A stretch of DNA of 62,468 nucleotides, from IMG/VR virus record IMGVR_UViG_3300006802_000003, positions 1 through 62,468 of that record; one strand, written 5' to 3'. The first letter of the stretch is position 1, and each line of letters begins with the position of its first letter. The translations under genes were made by a program, and so were the position numbers. Origin of the DNA: a virus (taxonomy: Duplodnaviria > Caudoviricetes). The notes under the pieces were generated by a model. That model was given only the letters and a program-made list of their open reading frames with translations. It was not told the origin of the DNA and did not search any database. This document shows positions 56,783-62,468 of the stretch, in pieces.

Positions 56783-56888
56783 TGTCGGAAGTATGCACCC
56801 CTCGATCCCCTGCAACGGATCACGGTCCCACAGGCATATTTCTGACACTTGCTCCAGAGGGCGGTTGTACTGATGTGCAGCCGCCCTC
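56783..56888 (+). ncRNA. Candidate sRNA 1: two 14-bp hairpins flanking single-stranded CTTGCTCC
   Basis: Stems 56783-96/56834-47 and 56857-70/56875-88; every non-Watson-Crick pair is G-U on the + strand; TTGAGT-N17-TACAAG promoter-like sequence upstream. Confidence 0.65.
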
Positions 56889-56916
56889 ATTGCGTTGTGC
56901 TGCAAATTCGTATATA

Positions 56917-57097
56917 GGGACCACTTAGGCAGTTTCGACTTTTGCCGGTGCGCGTCCTCGCCGTCGCCTGCAGTTCTCATCCGAATCGAGAACCGGCCTG
57001 TCAACTGCCCGTAGCCTGGACCGACTTGCTCCCCTAAGCGGCCCATCTAAATAGCAACCCCTGGTCACGACGGAAAGCCCGCGGCCAGGGGTTTGCT
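56917..57097 (+). ncRNA. Candidate sRNA 2 / structured late leader with second CTTGCTCC
   Basis: Nested stems GGCAGTT/AACTGCC, GCCGGT/ACCGGC and GTTCTC/GAGAAC; closing stem 56917-29/57033-44; then hairpin CCCCTGGTC/GGCCAGGGG. Confidence 0.55.
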
Positions 57098-57114
57098 TTA
57101 CGGGAGACACTTCA

Positions 57115-57675
57115 ATGGCCAAGATCACCCGCGAGCACTTCACCAAAAAGAATTGCGATCCGGAGGAGCTGTATAAGCTCTATCTAAACCTGCCCCACAA
57201 GAAGCGCAGCCACGCCGAAACCGCGCGCCAGTGGAATGCCAAGGTCGATCTGGACAAGGACAAAATCAGCGCCGCCTATGTCAGTACCCAAAGCAAAAAG
57301 CACGGCTGGCAGAGCAGGCTCTACCACGACCTGGGCGAACAAGGCGTTGCTGGATTTGCAGGCGTTCAGAAATTGCGCATCAAGACGATGTGGGAGGACA
57401 TCGAGGCTGATATGCAGCACCTGTCCAGCGAGTTTATGAAATCGATCGAGGGCAAAATGCTTGCCAAGGTCAAGTACGAGCTCGACAGCATCAAGCTGGA
57501 CAGCACGGAAAAGCTGGACGCTATGCTCGACATCATTATGAAGCTGACCGAAGTGGAGCACCGCATTCGAGGCCTTAACATCGACAAGAGCGACAACAAA
57601 CCACCAGAAGCGCCGAGCAAGCCTATTCCAGACTGGGATAAGATCATAAACGCCGCGCCTGTAAAGCCGAATTGA
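57115..57675 (+). CDS. Terminase small subunit (putative)
   Basis: KRSHAETA..S.KHGW..R HTH-like region; directly precedes terL. Confidence 0.65.
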   Translation: MAKITREHFTKKNCDPEELYKLYLNLPHKKRSHAETARQWNAKVDLDKDKISAAYVSTQSKKHGWQSRLYHDLGEQGVAGFAGVQKLRIKTMWEDIEADMQHLSSEFMKSIEGKMLAKVKYELDSIKLDSTEKLDAMLDIIMKLTEVEHRIRGLNIDKSDNKPPEAPSKPIPDWDKIINAAPVKPN

Positions 57676-57679
57676 ACCG

Positions 57680-59410
57680 ATGGCCAGGCCTGTTTACGGA
57701 ACCCGGTACATTTCCGAGAGAAACCAACGGCTGCGAGAGCAGATCGAAAGCGGCCAGGTATTCAACAAGGATTTTCAGGAGATTCAGGGCTTCTACAACG
57801 AGTTCAACGAGAAAGCCGATCCCAATGACAAGGCGCTGTTGGCCTGCAATGATCGCTACTACCTGCTGGTGGAATTACTGCACCGCCGCGACGCGCTGCA
57901 GCCGTGGGTGTATGATCGGTGCCGAGAGGTCGAGGAGAATCCGGACGGCTACCTCGATCTGTGGGCGCGCTACCACTACAAAACATCAATCATCACATCC
58001 GCCGGCATCATTCAGGAGATATGCCGCGATCCGGAAGTGACCATCGCGATTTTCAGTGGCACGTTGAAGATCGCCAGCAAGTTTTTCACGCAGATACAGG
58101 AAGAACTCGAATCCAACCTTGAACTGCAGCAGGCCTTTGCGGATGTACTCTATATCAGCCCGCGCACCGAAGCCAAGCGGTGGTCACGCTCCGCCGGTCT
58201 TGTGGTCAAGCGTAAATCCAACCCCAAAGAGGCGACGCTGGAGTGTTTTGGCTTGGTCGAAGGCATGCCGACTGGATCGCACTTCAAGCTGCTGGTGTAC
58301 GATGATCTGGTGACGGTCGAGCTTGTCTCCAATAAGGACATGGTGGAGAAGGTCACGGAACGCTGGGAGCTATCCGACAACCTGGGCGTAGGGGAAAAGA
58401 CGCGCAAGTGGCATGTTGGAACGCGCTACTCATATCAGGACACCTACGGCACCTTACTGGAGCGCAAGATACTCAAGTCCCGCCTTTACCCGGCCACGGA
58501 CACTGGATTGCTAGACGGCACCCCGGTTCTGATGACACCTGCGGCATGGGAAAAGGTGAAGATGACGCAACCCGGCACCGTTGGTGCGCAAATGCTGCAG
58601 AACCCGGTTGCTGGACACGAATCGACGTTCCGCATGGAATGGCTCAAGAACTTTGAAATTCTCCCGGCAACCCTCAATATCTACATCATGGGCGACCCGT
58701 CGAAGGGTAGGACCAGGGAGAGCGACCACACCGCCATTGCCGTCGTTGCGATGGATTCGGCGGAAAATATGTACTTGGTCGATGGCTTCTCGCATCGCAT
58801 GAACCTTGACGAACGATGGATGCGACTCAAAGAGCTCAAGAGGCGTTGGGATCATGTGCCGGGCGTCCAGTCCGTCCGCGTCGGCTGGGAACAGTATGGC
58901 CTCACCACGGACATCGAGCACTTCCAGAAGATGATGCGGATCGAAAAGGATTCGTGGCCAATCGAAGAACTGAACTGGGTGCGAGAAGGCAGGCAATCGA
59001 AAGAGGATCGTGTGCAGCGCCTGCAGCCAGACTTTTTGCAATCTAGGTTCTATCTCCCGCAAGTGGTTTGGCACGAGGTCAACGCTGGTGGCGGTCATGC
59101 CGTTTGGACCGTCAATGTCGGAACCAACAAGATCGAATACCGCCCGTTGCTTAACGAAACAAAGCCCCAGCGCATGATGAAGGCAGCCGGGCAGGCTTGG
59201 CGCATCCAAGAGCCGATCACGCGCAAGGACGAAGATGGCAAGCTCTACGACCTTACGCGCCGGTTCATAGAACAGTATCTAGCCTTTCCAAAATCCAGGC
59301 TTCGCGACCTGATCGACGCCACGAGCCGCGTGTATGACATGCAGCCCGTTCCGCCTTCGGTATGGGAGGCTGCGATAGAAGATGAGCCGGTCTACTATCC
59401 CGACGCTTGA
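57680..59410 (+). CDS. terL: Terminase large subunit
   Basis: ARYHYKT Walker A variant, YDDL Walker B, GTRY, nuclease DPS..SDHT and DLID. Confidence 0.9.
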   Translation: MARPVYGTRYISERNQRLREQIESGQVFNKDFQEIQGFYNEFNEKADPNDKALLACNDRYYLLVELLHRRDALQPWVYDRCREVEENPDGYLDLWARYHYKTSIITSAGIIQEICRDPEVTIAIFSGTLKIASKFFTQIQEELESNLELQQAFADVLYISPRTEAKRWSRSAGLVVKRKSNPKEATLECFGLVEGMPTGSHFKLLVYDDLVTVELVSNKDMVEKVTERWELSDNLGVGEKTRKWHVGTRYSYQDTYGTLLERKILKSRLYPATDTGLLDGTPVLMTPAAWEKVKMTQPGTVGAQMLQNPVAGHESTFRMEWLKNFEILPATLNIYIMGDPSKGRTRESDHTAIAVVAMDSAENMYLVDGFSHRMNLDERWMRLKELKRRWDHVPGVQSVRVGWEQYGLTTDIEHFQKMMRIEKDSWPIEELNWVREGRQSKEDRVQRLQPDFLQSRFYLPQVVWHEVNAGGGHAVWTVNVGTNKIEYRPLLNETKPQRMMKAAGQAWRIQEPITRKDEDGKLYDLTRRFIEQYLAFPKSRLRDLIDATSRVYDMQPVPPSVWEAAIEDEPVYYPDA

Positions 59411-59609
59411 GGAGGAAATCGAGTTTGATCAAAAGCTAAAGGCGTTCGAGCTCAACTGGTCGCAATGGTGCGGATTCTGCGGCAAGCGCATCCGCGACAA
59501 CGATTACGACATCTACCTGGTTCAAGAAATCTATTACCACGGCTGCTGCATCCATTTTCTATGCGGTGCGGACGGAAAGACGTTGGCTAAGACGAGGAAA
59601 CCGAACTGA
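59382..59609 (+). CDS. Small Zn-finger protein
   Basis: CGFC...HGCC. Confidence 0.55.
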   Translation: MSRSTIPTLEEEIEFDQKLKAFELNWSQWCGFCGKRIRDNDYDIYLVQEIYYHGCCIHFLCGADGKTLAKTRKPN

Positions 59610-59776
59610 TGCCTGCTACCAAGCAAATCGTCACGACATGGATGGCCGAAGTTCTCCAGGCCGATCCAGAGTGGCACAACAAGTATTATGTCTGCGATGA
59701 ATACAAGTTCTCGAACGGACGCATATTCGAGGCTAAGTACAATACACGCGGCGCGTATGGACCGGACTATGATTGA
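59609..59776 (+). CDS. 55-aa hypothetical protein (not in ORF track)
   Basis: TGATG coupling; MPATKQIV...YKFSNGRIF. Confidence 0.55.
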   Translation: MPATKQIVTTWMAEVLQADPEWHNKYYVCDEYKFSNGRIFEAKYNTRGAYGPDYD

Positions 59777-60185
59777 TCCGAGCGAGCTCTACCTAGAAAA
59801 CTTGATCGCCCGCGCCCAGGCCAAGATGAAGGCCGACAAGGTGATGGACACGTTCGACAAGCGCGTGAACATGCCGTTGGCCCAGCAGGCTACCAACCTT
59901 CTCTACACCAAATACCCAGCACCCAAGGGCTTTTGGGAGGTCGAGGTGCGGCTGGAGAACAAGCTGGTTGAGGTTCGCGCGCCCATGCTCGAAGTGGGCG
60001 GCTACTACATCGATCCAGACAAGCACCTGGACGATCCCAAGATGAAATGGGTTATCACCGCCGGCGGCGAGCTCTTGGAGCGTTACCGCGTCAAGCGCGG
60101 CATGTTGGACAGAGACACCGTGGAGGAGGCAATCGCCCATTGGGGCGAGCCAGACAGCCGCGCGGATGTTCATGTGGAGGGCTAA
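59769..60185 (+). CDS. Hypothetical protein
   Basis: AGGELLERY motif; lies between terL and portal. Confidence 0.7.
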   Translation: MIDPSELYLENLIARAQAKMKADKVMDTFDKRVNMPLAQQATNLLYTKYPAPKGFWEVEVRLENKLVEVRAPMLEVGGYYIDPDKHLDDPKMKWVITAGGELLERYRVKRGMLDRDTVEEAIAHWGEPDSRADVHVEG

Positions 60186-60188
60186 CGT

Positions 60189-62468
60189 ATGTCCGATTCG
60201 ATTGTCGCGGCACAAGGATTTGTTGGAAACAACATCGAGGAGGACGTGGTTTCTCGTGCGAATGAAGGTCGCGACCGCGCTGGAAATGTTCAGCATCCAG
60301 ATGATGAGTTTTTTCAAGCGGGCATCAACGCCATCAGCACCGGCCAGTCTCATCTTGCGAACGGTGTTCGAGCACGTTGGATTGCCTCGCAGCAGGCTTA
60401 CAACAACAAGCATTTTGACGGCTCCAAGTACAACTCCAAGCGGTTTAGAGGCCGCACACACCTGTTCCGCCCCAAGACGCGCAGCGCAGTTCGAGCGGTT
60501 ATGCAGACAGCGGCGAACGCCTTGTTTGCCAATCCGGACGTTGTTTCTGTTTCGGCGGGCGACGATCAGGACCAGGTGCAGCGCGCAAGTGCGGCGATCA
60601 AGCAGGAGTTGATTAACTACCGGCTGGATTCAGGATCAGGGCGCAATTCAGTGCAATGGTTCGTGACGGCAATGGGGGCCGCGCAATCTGCAACAGTGAC
60701 CGGCCTGTGCGTTTCCAAGCAGTATTGGGAGTACCGTGAGCGCGAGGTCGAGGTTCAAGTGGAGCGCACTACTCCACGCGAGGTCCAGCCCGGCTTTTCC
60801 GTGATGGACAAGGAAACCGTCACCGAAACGCGCAAGATCATCGAGCGTGATCGACCCATGATCGAGCTCTACCCGATTGAGCAGGTGGGCCGCGATCCGG
60901 CTGCAGACTGGACGGACCAAGCCAGCGGATCGTTCATCTACCTGTCAAAGCCAATCACCGTTGACGACCTCAAAACCCTGATGGCGCAGCCCGGCCCGGT
61001 CAAATGGCGCGAGCTAGGCGATCAGGAACTGAAAAAGTCGATCATCGACTATGAGGCTTCCGCAGTTCGCCGGTCGCGTGAAGAAGGCCAGGACCGCCTC
61101 GATAGAGCCCGCCCGGCCCGCGGTCACGACCTGACGTGGATACACGAAATGTTCATTCGTTTGGATGGGCAGGAATGGCATTACTGGATGCTAGGCAAGC
61201 ACCAGGTTCTATCCGAGCCAATGCCGCTAGAAGAAGCCTACCCGCACCTGGAAGGAGAGCGCCCGGTGATCGTCGGCCTTGGTGCGCTCGACGCTTTCAC
61301 GGTGAACCCGATGTCGCCGGTCGAAAGCTGGCAGCCGATGCAGCAGGAAATCAACGACCTGGTGAACCTGCGCCTCGACAACCTCAAGCAGAATATTTCC
61401 CCACTGACCAAGGTTCGCCGGGGCCGCCGCGTATCGGTATCGGCCATCCAGAACCGTTCTCCCGATTCGATCCTGTACCTCGATGAGCTCGATGATGTCG
61501 AGTTCGACCGGCCACCATCCTTTGGCACCGAGGCATATGCCGAAATGGATCGCCTCAACGCCGACTTTGACGATCTGGCAGGCAAGTTCAACGGCGCGTC
61601 CGTCCAGTCCAATCGTCAACTGAATGAAACGGTCGGCGGCATGAAGCTGTTGAACCAAGCGGCCATGTCCATGTCCGAGTTCGATCTGACCGTGTGGATC
61701 GAGACGTGGGTGGAGCCGGTCATGCGGCAAATCCTCAAGCTGGAGGAGTATTACGAATCCGACGAGGTTGTGCTGGCACTGGCCGCCAAGAAAGCAAAAC
61801 TGCTGCAGAAGTTCGGCGTCAACGATGTGTCGGACGACCTGCTGAATCGCCAGGTGACGTGCCGCGTCAATGTTGGCAAGGGCGCCGCCGATCCAGTCGC
61901 GAGCCTGCAACGCTTTGGCATGGCGCTCGAAATGTTCATCAAATACACCGGCGAAGTGGGCATGATGAAGCTCAATGTGGACGAGATTGGCGACGAGATA
62001 TTCGGCAAGGCCGGCCACAAGGATGCAGATCGGTTCATCAAGAAAGATGATGGCGAAAACGATCCGCGCATGATGCAGATGCAAAAGCAACTGCAGGAAA
62101 TGCAGAAGGTCATTGAACAGAAGCAGATCGAGAACAAGGCCAAGGTGGACGTTGCCCAAATCAACGCCCAGGCGAAGCTCAAAGAGCAGGCAATGGAGAA
62201 CCAAGGCGATCTGCAGGTTGAGCAGATGCGGGCGCAGCAGAAGCAGATGGAAATGCGCCAAGCCAGCAACATGAAGGTCATTGACCATATGTTCCAGTCG
62301 CAGCAACCGAGAAACGGCGCACAGCAACCGTCAGGGGCGGGGCAGGGCAATGGCTCTGGAGGCGGTAGCCCCAATTCCCCAAGCTCTCCAGCACAGCAGG
62401 GGCAGCCACCGGCCAATGTCACGCTAGTGCAGCCGTCGATGCCGCCAGCGTCGCCACAGGCTGATCCA
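60189..62468 (+). CDS. Portal protein (wraps to 423)
   Basis: GGAGG SD; open frame MSDSIVAAQG..LFRPKTRSAV..QQEINDL.N.RLDN..NETVGGM..TWVEPV with no stop before the contig end. Confidence 0.88.
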   Translation, partial: MSDSIVAAQGFVGNNIEEDVVSRANEGRDRAGNVQHPDDEFFQAGINAISTGQSHLANGVRARWIASQQAYNNKHFDGSKYNSKRFRGRTHLFRPKTRSAVRAVMQTAANALFANPDVVSVSAGDDQDQVQRASAAIKQELINYRLDSGSGRNSVQWFVTAMGAAQSATVTGLCVSKQYWEYREREVEVQVERTTPREVQPGFSVMDKETVTETRKIIERDRPMIELYPIEQVGRDPAADWTDQASGSFIYLSKPITVDDLKTLMAQPGPVKWRELGDQELKKSIIDYEASAVRRSREEGQDRLDRARPARGHDLTWIHEMFIRLDGQEWHYWMLGKHQVLSEPMPLEEAYPHLEGERPVIVGLGALDAFTVNPMSPVESWQPMQQEINDLVNLRLDNLKQNISPLTKVRRGRRVSVSAIQNRSPDSILYLDELDDVEFDRPPSFGTEAYAEMDRLNADFDDLAGKFNGASVQSNRQLNETVGGMKLLNQAAMSMSEFDLTVWIETWVEPVMRQILKLEEYYESDEVVLALAAKKAKLLQKFGVNDVSDDLLNRQVTCRVNVGKGAADPVASLQRFGMALEMFIKYTGEVGMMKLNVDEIGDEIFGKAGHKDADRFIKKDDGENDPRMMQMQKQLQEMQKVIEQKQIENKAKVDVAQINAQAKLKEQAMENQGDLQVEQMRAQQKQMEMRQASNMKVIDHMFQSQQPRNGAQQPSGAGQGNGSGGGSPNSPSSPAQQGQPPANVTLVQPSMPPASPQADP
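62346..62468. repeat. Terminal direct repeat, copy 2
   Basis: Identical to 1-123. Confidence 0.97.

Noticed and set aside
56585-57046. 153-aa - strand ORF across the candidate ncRNA
   Set aside because: It has no convincing SD or protein-like composition and opposes all neighbours; the G-U pattern favours a + strand RNA.
60166-62327. ORF-track calls in this interval
   Set aside because: They are alternative frames of the uncalled portal gene.

Overview
This window is a complete, circularly permuted dsDNA tailed phage genome of about 62,345 bp; positions 1-123 are identical to 62346-62468. The architecture is podovirus-like, and GcrA-like and GapR-like genes suggest an alphaproteobacterial host. 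The late module on the + strand runs terminase, portal (spanning the contig ends and missing from the ORF track), repeat-rich fibres, scaffold, capsid, adaptor/nozzle, ejection proteins, a 5719-aa polyvalent protein and lysis genes. A leftward recombination operon, a rightward replication operon and about 30 small accessory genes follow. I found no integrase, DNA polymerase, tRNA or CRISPR array. Three observations stand out. (1) Eleven early/middle genes share the extended ribosome-binding site GGAGCAAG, and a structured non-coding region just upstream of the terminase genes exposes the exact complement CTTGCTCC twice: a candidate phage sRNA that silences early translation. (2) Three small +1-frame genes with their own SD sequences are overprinted in linkers of the giant protein. 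(3) That protein carries a TGT/DpdA-like domain as well as C5 and N6 methyltransferase domains. All family calls come from reading motifs by eye, not from database searches.
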